DNA of 62,537 nt, filler included. It is 16 parts of 16 records of this genome, joined end to end, with 100 filler letters (N's around TTAATTAATTAA, not from the genome) between each part and the next. Parts side by side here need not be neighbours in the genome. Positions count along the whole stretch, not along the records: positions 1 to 2,104 come from SRR9188676_1844; positions 2,205 to 10,802 come from SRR9188676_1845; 14 more parts are not named here. One strand, written 5' to 3'. Below, piece after piece: positions 1 through 10,351 of this stretch (positions within the stretch are counted from its first letter, which is position 1; each line of letters opens with the position of its first letter). The translations under genes were made by a program, and so were the position numbers. The notes under the pieces are model-generated. The model was not told the origin of the DNA. It made no database searches and was given only the letters and a program-made list of their open reading frames with translations.

Positions 1-202
1 CCGAGGGTGGATACCGACTTGCGCTCAACAGAAATAATTGGCTGACTTGAGGCTGACTTTCGTTAACTCACACCGCAATGTTGTTATCCGGCCTTCGGAG
101 TGCCTCATTGATACTTGAAGTCGATACTCTTGCCTCTTGCTTTCATAAATTGGCTCCAACAGCTAATTATCTCTTTGTCGTGTACTTCTGCTTGTGGTTT
201 AG

Positions 203-456
203 AATACGTGGAGCGAATCTACAAAATCCTCAAAAAAGGTGGTACCTGGATCAACCTTGGACCGTTGCTCTATCATTATGCGGACATGGCCTCCTATGTG
301 AGCATCGAGCTCTCATGGGAAAGCTTACGGCAACTGATTCTGGACAAAGGATTCACGATTGAAAGAGAGGACTGGACAACATCCTGCTACACACACAATA
401 TCCAAAGCATGATGAGATTTGAATATGATTGTGTCTTTTTCACTGCAAGGAAATAA
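203..456 (+). CDS. CARNMT1: Carnosine N-methyltransferase (N2227-like family), terminal exon
   Basis: After an AG acceptor at 201-202: EYVERIYKILKKGGTWINLGPLLYHY...SIELSWE...GF...Y..N..SM...VFFTARK*, matching the N2227/CARNMT1 C-terminus. The 5' part lies outside the window. Confidence 0.85.
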
Positions 457-833
457 AACCGTCTCGTATTTCTTTTTCATGAACTCCTAATGTAGTTCCT
501 GAGACGGGTTACAAATGGGAGATGGCGCTCATGAAGCGATGATGATCTGAAATTTTGCTGTTGGTTCTATCCTTTGTTAGGAATACTATTCAGTAAGAAG
601 GATCCGTCGTCTATTTCTTTTTAAATCCCCAATCGCATGATGGCGACAATATGATGGCTGCAAAAAGCAAAAAAGAACTGAAAGATTTTCGCAACGTATA
701 TCCGAACAGGAGGGCTGTAAAGTCAGTCCTGCAGGTGAAATATTCGTACATAGGGGGGCTAATGTACAAAATTCAAACCTGTTGCGAAAGGTTGCGAAAG
801 TCTTTTGCCAATCCTGGCATCGGTTGCTGCGCC

Positions 834-2104
834 ATGGGATTATTTTCAAAAAAGGAGAAAACCCAAGCCCGATCACATCTTGAGGATGAAAATTCTGATG
901 AGGATGATGACGTCCCTCAAACCACAGGTGATTTGGCTCTGAAAACTTCTCGGAATTTTGTTCATGCTGATGAAACCGCTCTTTCTAACGACCAGCCAAA
1001 GGCACAAATGGTAATATGAAGAAAAGCGACGACCAAAAACCAAAGTCATCACTCTTCGGAAGCAAAAAGGGAGATAAGCACGATGCAAAAGGTAGGAACC
1101 TCTATTCTCGAGTGATCTAGTTTTTCAATTGATTCACTTTCGAAATTTGCAATATTTTGGATGTAATATTCAATATAGCTATACCAACAAAAGCCACCGA
1201 GAACCAAGTGGTGGAACCAGTCCCACCTCCAGTACTTGAAGAAGATGCAATCGAAGATGATCTTGACATTGGTCCGGTTTCTGTCACGAACCGACCCAGA
1301 CAGGGCAGTGCTGGGAGTAAAATCGCACTTTCTACTCATATGGCACCGGACCGCTTTTCGGATGGTATGATTTCCCTCTTAACCTAATACTCGTGTCATC
1401 CTAAATGACATCGGGCGCATTGTAGAGGCTTTTCAACAAGATTTTCTCATTATTTTGTAGTTAGTTTATTCCTTCTTCCTGGATTAAAATATAGAGAAAA
1501 TTAAATCCTACACACTCTATTTTTCTCAGTTCTTCACAACAGAATTTATGATTCAATTTCTGGCAAATGTCCGATGATTCTGTGACTGATTTGAAGCCCC
1601 ACTTTGGATTAACATCTACCTTTACAAGATAATCCTAATTACTTTTCCAGTAGCTTTTTTGTATTTCTGATCTCGGTGTAATAGAAACTAATTTGAACCG
1701 GTCTTTGGATCAATGTCTGTAGCCCCACATTCCTCCCGCTATGCCAATTCCATGGAATCTGATGGCGAGTCATCCGCTGATGAAGGTCCCACAAGAAATT
1801 CAGCACAAACTTCCCAAACTAAAGCCACATCCTCGAATTCCGGGTCTAATGATTCCCAATCTGGTGATACATCTGCATCTACCTCCACTACATCGGGCAA
1901 AAAACCTGGATTCTGGGGTAAGAAGTCGGGAAATCAGGATGACGGCACTGGTGGGAGTAGTGGTAGCAATAATTCTACAAAAGATAGCAAAGAGCAGGAG
2001 AAACTGGAAAAGTTAGAGGCCGCAAAGAAAAAGAAAGAGGAGAAAGAATCTGAACAGCGGCGAAAGAAGGAAGAAAAAGAAGAGGAACTTCGGAAAAAGA
2101 AAGA
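834..2104 (+). CDS. Multi-exon low-complexity (Ser/Lys/Glu-rich) protein, 3' truncated, possible N-myristoylation (MGLFSKK)
   Basis: Four exons join in frame through phase-1 GT-AG introns (about 928-995, 1092-1178, 1365-1721): MGLFSKKEK...TT/AKGTNGNMKK...DAK/AIPTKATEN...FSD/APHSSRY...KKEEELRKKK. No recognisable domain. Confidence 0.6.
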
Positions 2105-2204
2105 NNNNNNNNNNNNNNNNNNNNNNNNNNNNNNNNNNNNNNNNNNNNTTAATTAATTAANNNNNNNNNNNNNNNNNNNNNNNNNNNNNNNNNNNNNNNN
2201 NNNN
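2105..2204. other. Artificial contig-joining linker (44 N + TTAATTAATTAA + 44 N), first of 15
   Basis: The same 100-bp spacer with stops in all six frames also occurs at 10803, 13633, 16646, 21636, 24039, 26725, 29367, 33200, 36898, 40445, 43136, 45468, 47881 and 58089. Confidence 0.99.
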
Positions 2205-2476
2205 TGGCCAATGCCGGCACGCTGATCGCCTTCATGGCGGTGGGCGCCTGCCTGATGATCCTGCGCCGCCGGTCGCCCGAACTGCCGCGCCTGTTCCGTT
2301 GCCCGCAACCCTATGTCGTCGGCACGCTGACGATCCTGGGCTGCGCCTATCTGCTGTTCAGCCTGCCAGAATCCACGCTGATCCGCTTCGGCGCGTGGAA
2401 TGTCATCGGTCTGCTCTTCTATTATCTCTACAGCCGCAGCCGGAGCGGCGCTCGACAGGATGCGGCTGCCGCCTGA
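2205..2476 (+). CDS. APC-family amino acid permease, C-terminal fragment (bacterial)
   Basis: NAGTLIAF...LMILRRRSPELPRLFRCP...RFGAWNVIGLLFYYLYS is the typical last three TM segments of CAT/YfnA-like permeases. High-GC codon usage. Confidence 0.85.
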
Positions 2477-2531
2477 CGGCCACATCCTCTTTTCCATTGT
2501 CGTTTTTCATTGATCCAACGAGGAGATCGCG

Positions 2532-4049
2532 ATGACGCGCGCCCTTTTTGCTGCCACTGCCCTTGCCACCGCCACCCTTTGCATCGCCAGTCCCGCTTCC
2601 GCCAAAACCCCGTTTGATGGCATATGGCTGTTCGACAAGGCCCCGCCCACGCCGGGCGTCACCATGATGGAGGTCAAGAGCAAGGACGCGAAGATAGAGG
2701 GCCGCGTCACCACCCTATGGTACGGCCCGGTCGAGATGATGAACCCGCGGGTCGAGGACGGCAAGCTGCTGTTCGAGGCGCGCAACATCAACGATCGCGA
2801 TCATCCGACCCGCAACTGGAGCGTCAGCCTGAAAGACGGCAAGCCGCATCTGGAAGGGCAGATATGGGAAAGCGCGATCGCGATCGACGGCTATCGTGGC
2901 ACGGCCAAGGATGCCAAGGTGCGCGCCTTCAAATTTGCCGCGCTGCCGCCGCTTGGTCAGGCCATCCCCAGCAAGCTGGCCGCCACGCCGCCCATGGGCT
3001 GGAGCAGTTGGAACAAGTTCGCCGAACATATCGACGACAAGACGGTGCGCGCCATGGCGGACGCGATGGTATCGAGCGGGCTGCGCGATGCGGGCTATAC
3101 CTACATCAATATCGACGATGGCTGGCAGGGCAAACGTGACGCCAATGGCGTGTTGCAACCCAATGAGAAGTTTCCGGACATGAAGGCGCTGACCGATTAT
3201 GTCCATGCCAAGGGGCTGAAGATCGGCATCTACAGCTCGCAAGGGCCGCGCACCTGCGCCGGCTATGAAGGCAGCTATGGCCATGTCGCGCAGGATGCGA
3301 AAAGCTTTGCCGACTGGGGTTTCGACTATCTGAAATATGATCTGTGTTCGGGCGAATGGTTCTATGCCGACGCCGATACGGTCAAGCGCAGCTATCATGA
3401 AATGGGTGCAGCCTTGCAGGCGACCGGGCGAGAGATGATCTTTTCCCTGTGCGAATATGGCCGCTTCGACGTCGGCAGTTGGGGCCGCGATGTCGGTGGA
3501 CAATTGTGGCGCACGACCGGCGACATCACCGACGATTATGAGACGATGGCCAAGATCGGTTTCGACAAGAATGGCGACGCCGCCCATGCCGGCCCGCATG
3601 GCTGGAACGACCCAGACATGCTGGAAATCGGCAATGGCGGGATGAGTGCGGACGAATATCGCACCCATATGACGCTGTGGGCCATGTCCGCCGCGCCGCT
3701 GATGATGGGGCATGATCTGCGTGAGACGGATGCGGCGACGCTGGCGATGCTGACCAACCGCCGCATCATCGCGATCGACCAGGATGCGCGCGGCGTACAG
3801 GGGAAGGCCGTGCGCAAGCAGGGCGCTCTGGAAATATGGGCCAAGCCGCTTGCTGACGGGCGAGTGGCGCTGGCGCTGTTCAACCGCGGTACGCAAGGCG
3901 CCACGATGGCGCTGACGCCGGCAGATGCCGGGCTTTCCGGAATCGCGCAGGTCGAGGATCAATGGTCGGGCGCGACGACGGCTGCTTTGCCCGGCAGCTA
4001 CAGCGTGCCGGCGCATGGCGCGGTGATGGTCGTGGTGAAGGGCCGGTAA
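2532..4049 (+). CDS. Secreted alpha-galactosidase, glycoside hydrolase family 27
   Basis: Signal peptide; AGGAG RBS at 2521; motifs TPPMGWSSWN, YINIDDGWQ, DYLKYDLC (nucleophile), WRTTGDI (acid/base), WNDPDMLEIG, IIAIDQD. Confidence 0.95.
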   Translation: MTRALFAATALATATLCIASPASAKTPFDGIWLFDKAPPTPGVTMMEVKSKDAKIEGRVTTLWYGPVEMMNPRVEDGKLLFEARNINDRDHPTRNWSVSLKDGKPHLEGQIWESAIAIDGYRGTAKDAKVRAFKFAALPPLGQAIPSKLAATPPMGWSSWNKFAEHIDDKTVRAMADAMVSSGLRDAGYTYINIDDGWQGKRDANGVLQPNEKFPDMKALTDYVHAKGLKIGIYSSQGPRTCAGYEGSYGHVAQDAKSFADWGFDYLKYDLCSGEWFYADADTVKRSYHEMGAALQATGREMIFSLCEYGRFDVGSWGRDVGGQLWRTTGDITDDYETMAKIGFDKNGDAAHAGPHGWNDPDMLEIGNGGMSADEYRTHMTLWAMSAAPLMMGHDLRETDAATLAMLTNRRIIAIDQDARGVQGKAVRKQGALEIWAKPLADGRVALALFNRGTQGATMALTPADAGLSGIAQVEDQWSGATTAALPGSYSVPAHGAVMVVVKGR

Positions 4050-4067
4050 CAGGCAAAGGGGGAGAGA

Positions 4068-7000
4068 ATGATGCGGACATGGATGCACTCCAGCGCGACA
4101 GGCGCGCTGATCGCCGGACTTCTTCTCTCCCCCGCCCTGGCGCAGACCAGTCCGCCCGAATGGGAGCAGCCGGAGGTTATCCGGCAGGGCGCCGAACCGA
4201 TGCACGCGACGTTCGACGGGTTCGAAACGCGCGCCGCTGCGCTATCTGGTGACGTCGCGCGGTCGCGCTATCATCTCTCGCTCGACGGGGCATGGCAGTT
4301 CCATTTCTCGCCCAATCCCGAAAGCCGGCCGGTCGATTTCTACCGCCCCGATTTCGATACGAGCGCCTGGGGCACGATCAAGGTACCGGGCATCTGGCAG
4401 GCGGAAGGCCATGGCCGTCCGGTTTTCGTCGGCAGCGGCTATCCCTTCCCGCGCGACCAGCCGAAGATCGACCACAGCCTGAACGAGGTCGGATCCTACC
4501 GGCGCGACGTGATGATCCCGGCCCATTTTGCCGGGCGCCGCTTGCTGCTGACCGTGGGCGCCGCAGGGGCTGCCTATTATCTCTGGGTCAATGGCGAGCG
4601 GGTCGGCTATAGCGAAGATAGCAAGCTGCCCGCCGAATTCGATATCAGCCGATATGCCAAGGCGGGTCGCAACGTCGTGGCGATCGAACTCTATCGCTTT
4701 GCCGACGGCAGCTATCTGGAGGATCAGGATTTCTGGCGGGTCAACGGCATAGAGCGCAGCATCAGCCTCTATGCCGCGCCCCCTACCCATATTAGCGACC
4801 TGACCGTCGATGCCGAGTTGGAGCATGATTATCGCGACGGACGGCTGGGCCTGACGGTCGCGACCGGCGGCGCACCGGGCGCCATGCGCGTGCGCGCAAC
4901 GTTGATGGACGGCGCTAAAAGCCTGCTGGTGCGGGAGGCGACGGGCAGTGGCGCGGTCAGGATAGAGGCCGGCGTGCCGGGCGTGAAGACCTGGACGGCG
5001 GAGACGCCCAACCTCTACACGCTGCTGGTCGAACTGCTGGACGAAAAGGGCCGGCTGGTCGAAGCGACGAGCCGGCGGATCGGTTTCCGCACGGTCGAGA
5101 TCGCCGATGGCGAAGTACGGGTAAATGGCAAGCGGATCATGATCCGCGGCGTCAACCGGCACGAACATGATCCAAAGACCTTCCGCATCCTGTCCGAAGC
5201 GACGATGCGCAAGGACATAGAGTTGATGAAGGCCGCGAACATCAACGCGGTGCGGACGTCCCATTATCCCAACGACCCGCGATGGTATGATCTGGCCGAC
5301 GAATATGGCCTCTACATCATGGATGAGGCCAATATCGAGAGCCATGGCTATCTGAGCTTGTCGCAGGAGCGCAACAACGACCCGTCGGCGCTGTTGGGCA
5401 ACGATCCCAAATGGCGCGCGGCGCATCTGGACCGGGTGCAGCGCATGGTGCAGCGCGACCGCAATCATCCGTCCGTCATCTTCTGGTCGCTGGGCAATGA
5501 AACGGGGATCGGCGACAGTTTCGAAGCGGCGGCGAAATGGGTGAAGGCACAAGATCCGACGCGCCTCGTCAGTTTCCTGGGCTGGAGCATGAGCAACTGG
5601 CGTCATCCGGTGAACGCTTATGTCGATATCTTCGCGCCCATGTATGACGACGTGCCCAAGATGATCGACTATGCGCGCGATCCGGCGTTCAAAAAGCCGC
5701 TGATCCTGTGCGAATATGCCCATGCCATGGGCAATAGCCTGGGCGATCTGGAAGGCTATTGGCAGGCGATGCGGGCGCATCCCAAGTTGCAGGGCGGTTT
5801 CGTCTGGGACTGGGTCGACCAGACGATGCTGCTGCATGACAAGGATGGGCGCCCCTATTGGGGTCAAGGACTGGATTATGATCCCGATCCCAAGGCACCC
5901 GGCGTCCATGGCGACGATAGCCCGGTCGGCGACGGGGTGATCCAATCCGACCGGACGCCCGACCCGGAATATTATGAACTGGCCAAGGTGCAGGCGCCGA
6001 TCGCCTTCCTGCATGAAGGCGATGGCTATCATATCGTCAACCGGCACGACCATATCGACCTGTCACGCTTTACGCTGGACTGGACGGTGATGGAGGATGG
6101 CGTCGCGGCCGCGCACGGCAGCCTGCCCATGCCGTCGGTCGCACCGGGTGCCAGCGCGCCACTCCCCCTCACCCTGCCGGCGTCCAAAAATGCGACGGCG
6201 GAGCGCATGTTGGTCCTGCGCGCGCGGGCAAAGGCGGGCGCCGTGCCGATGCTGCCAGCGGGACATGTCGTAGGCTGGGAACAGTTCGCCCTTGCTGCCC
6301 CCGCCCTGCCTGCGCCGCCTGCCGGCGATGTGGCACCGGTCGAGGCGGGCGACATGTTGCGCCTGACCGCCGGCGATATCGTGCTGGAGATTGACCGCAC
6401 GACCGGGCTGCTGCGACGCTATGCGCGCGCAGGCGCAGTGCTGCTGAGCGGGGGAGCGCCCAATTTCTGGCGCGCGCCGACCGACAATGATATCGGCGCA
6501 GGCATCCCCAAAAGCCACGCCATGTGGCAATATTTTTCCGACCATCGCCGGGTCGAAACGGTGGAGCGTTCGGGCAACGCGATCATCGTCCGGCATGATA
6601 TGGGCGTGGGATCGGTGAAGGTCGAAACGCGATGGACCATGTCCGCCGACGGCCGGGTGGGCGTGACGATGCGCTTCGATCCGATCCGCGACACGCTGCC
6701 CGACCCGTTGCGCGTGGGACTGGCGTTCGACACCCCATCGGCGCTGGACAAGGTGCAATGGTATGGTCGCGGCCCGCAGGAAAGCTATGCGGACCGCAAG
6801 ACCGGCGCGCTGATCGCACGGTGGAGCGGCGATGTCGCGGACCAGTATCACGACTATGCGCGACCGCAGGAATCGGGAAACAAGAGCGACGTCCGCTGGA
6901 TCGCGCTGACCGGTGCCGGCGCGGGTCTGCGCATCACCGGGGCGCAGCCGTTGTCGGTCAATGCGCTGGCCTTCCCTTATGCGGACCTGGCGATGAAGCC

Positions 7001-7181
7001 GCCGGGGCAGGCGCATAGCGCGGACATCCGCCCGCACGCCCACGGCACGCTGCTGATCGATGCGGCGCAGGCAGGGGTGGGCGGCGACACCGGATGGAAT
7101 CTGGACGGACGCGCGCATATGAACTTCCGCATCCCGCTACGCTCTCTGACTTACAGCTTCACCATCGCTCCGGTGCGCTGA
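4068..7181 (+). CDS. Secreted beta-galactosidase, glycoside hydrolase family 2 (LacZ-like)
   Basis: Signal peptide; motifs GSYLEDQDFWR, RGVNRHEH, NAVRTSHYP, NHPSVIFWSLGNE, LILCEYAHAMGNS, GGFVWDWVDQ; small-chain domain WYGRGPQESYADRK...PQESGN. Confidence 0.95.
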   Translation: MMRTWMHSSATGALIAGLLLSPALAQTSPPEWEQPEVIRQGAEPMHATFDGFETRAAALSGDVARSRYHLSLDGAWQFHFSPNPESRPVDFYRPDFDTSAWGTIKVPGIWQAEGHGRPVFVGSGYPFPRDQPKIDHSLNEVGSYRRDVMIPAHFAGRRLLLTVGAAGAAYYLWVNGERVGYSEDSKLPAEFDISRYAKAGRNVVAIELYRFADGSYLEDQDFWRVNGIERSISLYAAPPTHISDLTVDAELEHDYRDGRLGLTVATGGAPGAMRVRATLMDGAKSLLVREATGSGAVRIEAGVPGVKTWTAETPNLYTLLVELLDEKGRLVEATSRRIGFRTVEIADGEVRVNGKRIMIRGVNRHEHDPKTFRILSEATMRKDIELMKAANINAVRTSHYPNDPRWYDLADEYGLYIMDEANIESHGYLSLSQERNNDPSALLGNDPKWRAAHLDRVQRMVQRDRNHPSVIFWSLGNETGIGDSFEAAAKWVKAQDPTRLVSFLGWSMSNWRHPVNAYVDIFAPMYDDVPKMIDYARDPAFKKPLILCEYAHAMGNSLGDLEGYWQAMRAHPKLQGGFVWDWVDQTMLLHDKDGRPYWGQGLDYDPDPKAPGVHGDDSPVGDGVIQSDRTPDPEYYELAKVQAPIAFLHEGDGYHIVNRHDHIDLSRFTLDWTVMEDGVAAAHGSLPMPSVAPGASAPLPLTLPASKNATAERMLVLRARAKAGAVPMLPAGHVVGWEQFALAAPALPAPPAGDVAPVEAGDMLRLTAGDIVLEIDRTTGLLRRYARAGAVLLSGGAPNFWRAPTDNDIGAGIPKSHAMWQYFSDHRRVETVERSGNAIIVRHDMGVGSVKVETRWTMSADGRVGVTMRFDPIRDTLPDPLRVGLAFDTPSALDKVQWYGRGPQESYADRKTGALIARWSGDVADQYHDYARPQESGNKSDVRWIALTGAGAGLRITGAQPLSVNALAFPYADLAMKPPGQAHSADIRPHAHGTLLIDAAQAGVGGDTGWNLDGRAHMNFRIPLRSLTYSFTIAPVR

Positions 7182-7199
7182 CCCTCATACGCCGCTCAT

Positions 7200-7238
7200 G
7201 AAAAGGCCCGCCTGCACGATGATGCAGGCGGGCCTTTT
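7200..7238. terminator. Bidirectional intrinsic terminator between convergent GH2 and TBDR genes
   Basis: AAAAGGCCCGCCTGCA-cgatga-TGCAGGCGGGCCTTTT perfect hairpin with A and T tails. A second GC hairpin GCCGGCCGGGG-cgaaa-CCCCGGCCGGC lies at about 7246-7272. Confidence 0.9.
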
Positions 7239-7280
7239 CATATGTGCCGGCCGGGGCGAAACCCCGGCCGGCGGACCTTT

Positions 7281-10193
7281 CTAGAAATTCACCGTCGCAC
7301 CGATGAAGATGTTGCGGCCCAGCGAGTCATAGACACCCGGATAGGTGTTGCCGTTGCCGAACGACGACAGGATGCCAGCGGCGATCGCCGGCGGATCCTT
7401 GTCGAACATGTTGTTCATGCCCGCCCGCAGCGTCAGTTGCTTGCCGATCGACTGGGTCAGCGAAAGATCGAAATAATTATAATCGTCGATTTTGCGGTTG
7501 ATCACGCTCGGCGTGCCGCTGAGCGCCGCATTATCCGACAGGCTCGACAGCTTGGTGCCGCCGATATGGCGCCAGGACAGCGAGAGGACGGTGTCGCTCG
7601 GCGCCATCCAGGTGAAGCGGGCGACATGGCGCCATTCTGGAGAGGGCTGACCGCAGGTATAGCCGAACAGGCCCTTGCAGTCGTAGCTGCCCAGGCCCGG
7701 CAGCGGTTGCGCCACCTGCTTGTCCAGCCAGGTACCGACCATGTTGACGTTGAACCGGCCCATCTTGCCGATGCCAAAAGTATAGTCAGCCGTAATGTCG
7801 ATGCCCGACGTCTTGAGATAGCCGGTGTTGAGCGTGGTCGAGACGATATAGCCATTCTGGCCGAAGATCGCGCCCGAACGCGGATCGCGGTTGAAGAGGC
7901 CGCAATAATAGGCATCGCCCGTTTCCGCGCACTGACTGATGATGAGCGACGCATCGAGCGCGCCGATATAGTCCTTCACCTTGATCTTGTAATAATCGAC
8001 CGACAGCGAGAAGTTGCGGAGCGATCGCGGCGTCAGGACGAAGCCTGCCGTGATGGTATCGGCGGTTTCGGGCCGCAAATTACGGTTGCCGCCACCCAGC
8101 GCCGAGCAGGTGTCCGCCGGGCATTCGATGATATTGCCATATTGGGCGGCGGTGACGCCGGTAAGGGCGCAGGTTTCCCGTGACGCGACCGGATTGGCCC
8201 CCGAACAGGGATCCTGCCCCGCGACATTACCGACCGATTGCGACGCGAAGAGTTCGCCGATATTGGGCGCGCGAATGGCATGATTGTAACTGGCGCGCAG
8301 GCGCAGGTCATCGACCGGTTGCCAGCTGAGTTCGCCCTTGTACGTCCAGACATTGAACTTCGACTGGAAGCCGGTCGATTTCTGTTCGTTGCTGTAGGAC
8401 GAATAGCGCAAGCCGCCATTGATCGTCAGCGAACGGATGAAGGGCATGTCCGAAATCAACGGAATTTCGATTTCGCCATAGCCTTCGGTCACGCTGATGA
8501 TGCCGTCCGCATTGGTGGCGCCGCCCTGCTGCGCGATCTCATCGGCGAAATAGTTCAGCGTCTCGCGCCGATGTTCGGCGCCCAGTGCAATGCCCACACC
8601 GCGGCTGGCCCAGGGGCTGGTAATGCCCATCTGGCCCAGGTCGCCGCTCAGCGTACCGGAAAAGACCTGTTGCGCATTGCGTGACGAGGTGTTGCTGGGG
8701 GTGAAGAGATAGGCGCCCTGCTCGGCGGTCACGCCGCCCGCTGCAAAGACATTGACGGGGACGCAGTTGGGATCGGTGCCATCGACCACCGAACGACAGG
8801 TCGGCGTACCGTTGACGGTCACGACATCCAGCGCGCGCTGCGCCTTGATCGCGTCGACATTGTTGAGATAGCGTTCCTTGAAGCGGACCAGCGAATAGAG
8901 ATAGTTCACGTCATAGCTGAAACCGCTGCCCAGATCGCCGCGCACGCCGGCGGTGTAGCGATAATCGGTATGTTTGAGGTCGTCGCGCCGCGGGGCGATC
9001 GACATGCGATAGCCCACGAGCGCGTCGGCGGTCTGGCCCGTGCCCGCCTTGCTGCCGCACAGAGTGTTCAATTGGCTCGCGCTGGCGAGCGGGTTGTTGC
9101 ACGTAATGGCGAAAGGCGAGCCAAGGAAGATGGCCGAAGGCGCGACCTGCGAGAAGGTATGGTCGCGCATGAACATGAAGCTGCCATAGACTTCGGCCGC
9201 CTTGCTCAGTTCGAACTTGGCGAAAGCACCCGCCGTAATGCGTTCTTCCGATCGCTGGAAATAATTGTCGGGCGCATAATTATAGGCGTAGCTGTTGTCA
9301 TAAGGCACGAAAGTCTGCGTGCCATTCTTGTTATTGGTCAGCGTCTGTCCCTGAAAGGCGCCTTCCAAAGGTACGAAGGTGCCATAGGGGGTATTGCTCG
9401 ATCCGCCGCAGAAGAGCGCGGTGCCGGCATCATCGGCCTGTTGCAGGGCGCAGGAAGACACGTCGCGGGTCGACTGGCGCACCGGGTTATAATGGCGATA
9501 GCCGGCATAGGCCGTGATGTTGCCCCGGCCGTCGGCGAAATTCTTGCCCGCCGATATGGTGATATCCTGCTTGCCGCCGTCCAGGACGGAGCCCTTGGCC
9601 TTCTGATATCCCTTGTCGTCGAGCAGGCTGCGCACGGCGCTATTATTATTGTCATGCTGGTAGAAACCGGTCTGGGCGTCGATACGGATGCCGTCCAGAT
9701 TATCCTTGAGCACGAAATTGACGACACCCGACAGCGCGTCCGAACCATAGACCGCCGATGCGCCGCCGCTCAAAATATCGACTCGCTCGACTAGGCTGCT
9801 GGGCACGAAATTGAGATCGATCGCCTGTTGCGGCAGCATGCGCTGGCCGTTGACCAGCACCAGTACGCGGTTGGAACCCAGGTTGCGCAGGTTGATATTG
9901 GATGTGCCGTCGGATCCGTTGGACACATTTTCGTTCGCGTCGGCGGTGAATTGGGGCAGGCGGTTCAGCACGCCTTCCACGGTCGTTGCGCCCTGATATC
10001 GGAATTCTTCGGAACTCACGACGGTCTGCGGGCTGTTGCTTTCCAGATCGGGGCGTTTGATGCGCGTCCCCGTCACGACGATGTCCGTCGCACCGGACGC
10101 TTCGCTTGCCTGAGGCGCCTGCGCCATTGCCGCCCCCGGCAGCAGCGCGGCGGCCGCCACCGCACAGCATAATTTCACACGGTATTGCCGCAT
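7281..10193 (-). CDS. TonB-dependent receptor (cysteine-rich alphaproteobacterial type)
   Basis: Probable start MRQYRVK at 10193 with GGGAG RBS. Signal peptide, TonB box DIVVTGTRI, plug INLRNLGSNRVLVLVNG...VERVDILSGGASAVYGSDALSGVVNF, C-terminal Phe. Confidence 0.95.
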   Translation of the reverse strand: MRQYRVKLCCAVAAAALLPGAAMAQAPQASEASGATDIVVTGTRIKRPDLESNSPQTVVSSEEFRYQGATTVEGVLNRLPQFTADANENVSNGSDGTSNINLRNLGSNRVLVLVNGQRMLPQQAIDLNFVPSSLVERVDILSGGASAVYGSDALSGVVNFVLKDNLDGIRIDAQTGFYQHDNNNSAVRSLLDDKGYQKAKGSVLDGGKQDITISAGKNFADGRGNITAYAGYRHYNPVRQSTRDVSSCALQQADDAGTALFCGGSSNTPYGTFVPLEGAFQGQTLTNNKNGTQTFVPYDNSYAYNYAPDNYFQRSEERITAGAFAKFELSKAAEVYGSFMFMRDHTFSQVAPSAIFLGSPFAITCNNPLASASQLNTLCGSKAGTGQTADALVGYRMSIAPRRDDLKHTDYRYTAGVRGDLGSGFSYDVNYLYSLVRFKERYLNNVDAIKAQRALDVVTVNGTPTCRSVVDGTDPNCVPVNVFAAGGVTAEQGAYLFTPSNTSSRNAQQVFSGTLSGDLGQMGITSPWASRGVGIALGAEHRRETLNYFADEIAQQGGATNADGIISVTEGYGEIEIPLISDMPFIRSLTINGGLRYSSYSNEQKSTGFQSKFNVWTYKGELSWQPVDDLRLRASYNHAIRAPNIGELFASQSVGNVAGQDPCSGANPVASRETCALTGVTAAQYGNIIECPADTCSALGGGNRNLRPETADTITAGFVLTPRSLRNFSLSVDYYKIKVKDYIGALDASLIISQCAETGDAYYCGLFNRDPRSGAIFGQNGYIVSTTLNTGYLKTSGIDITADYTFGIGKMGRFNVNMVGTWLDKQVAQPLPGLGSYDCKGLFGYTCGQPSPEWRHVARFTWMAPSDTVLSLSWRHIGGTKLSSLSDNAALSGTPSVINRKIDDYNYFDLSLTQSIGKQLTLRAGMNNMFDKDPPAIAAGILSSFGNGNTYPGVYDSLGRNIFIGATVNF

Positions 10194-10299
10194 TGATTGT
10201 CTCCCTGACTTTTTTGCAGGCGGGATGCTGCGACGGAAATATTTAAAAGTCAAATACCGTATACTAAATATCTTATGCATATTCGACCGATTGAGACAT

Positions 10300-10334
10300 A
10301 AAAAAGGGCAGCCGCCCAAAGGCGCTGCCCTTTC
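10300..10334 (-). terminator. Intrinsic terminator downstream of the dipeptide epimerase
   Basis: AAAGGGCAGC...GCTGCCCTTT hairpin with a T run on the minus strand. Confidence 0.8.
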
Positions 10335-10351
10335 ACGCCAAATCTGACGGA

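Noticed and set aside
2149-2160. Recurring TTAATTAATTAA palindrome as a biological repeat or CRISPR-like array
   Set aside because: Always centred in N runs of identical length; it is an assembly linker.
2715-6053. Long antisense and alternative-frame ORFs (496 aa, 603 aa and others) over the GH27, GH2 and TBDR genes
   Set aside because: Shadow ORFs expected from high-GC codon bias; no motifs, and they fully overlap well-supported genes.
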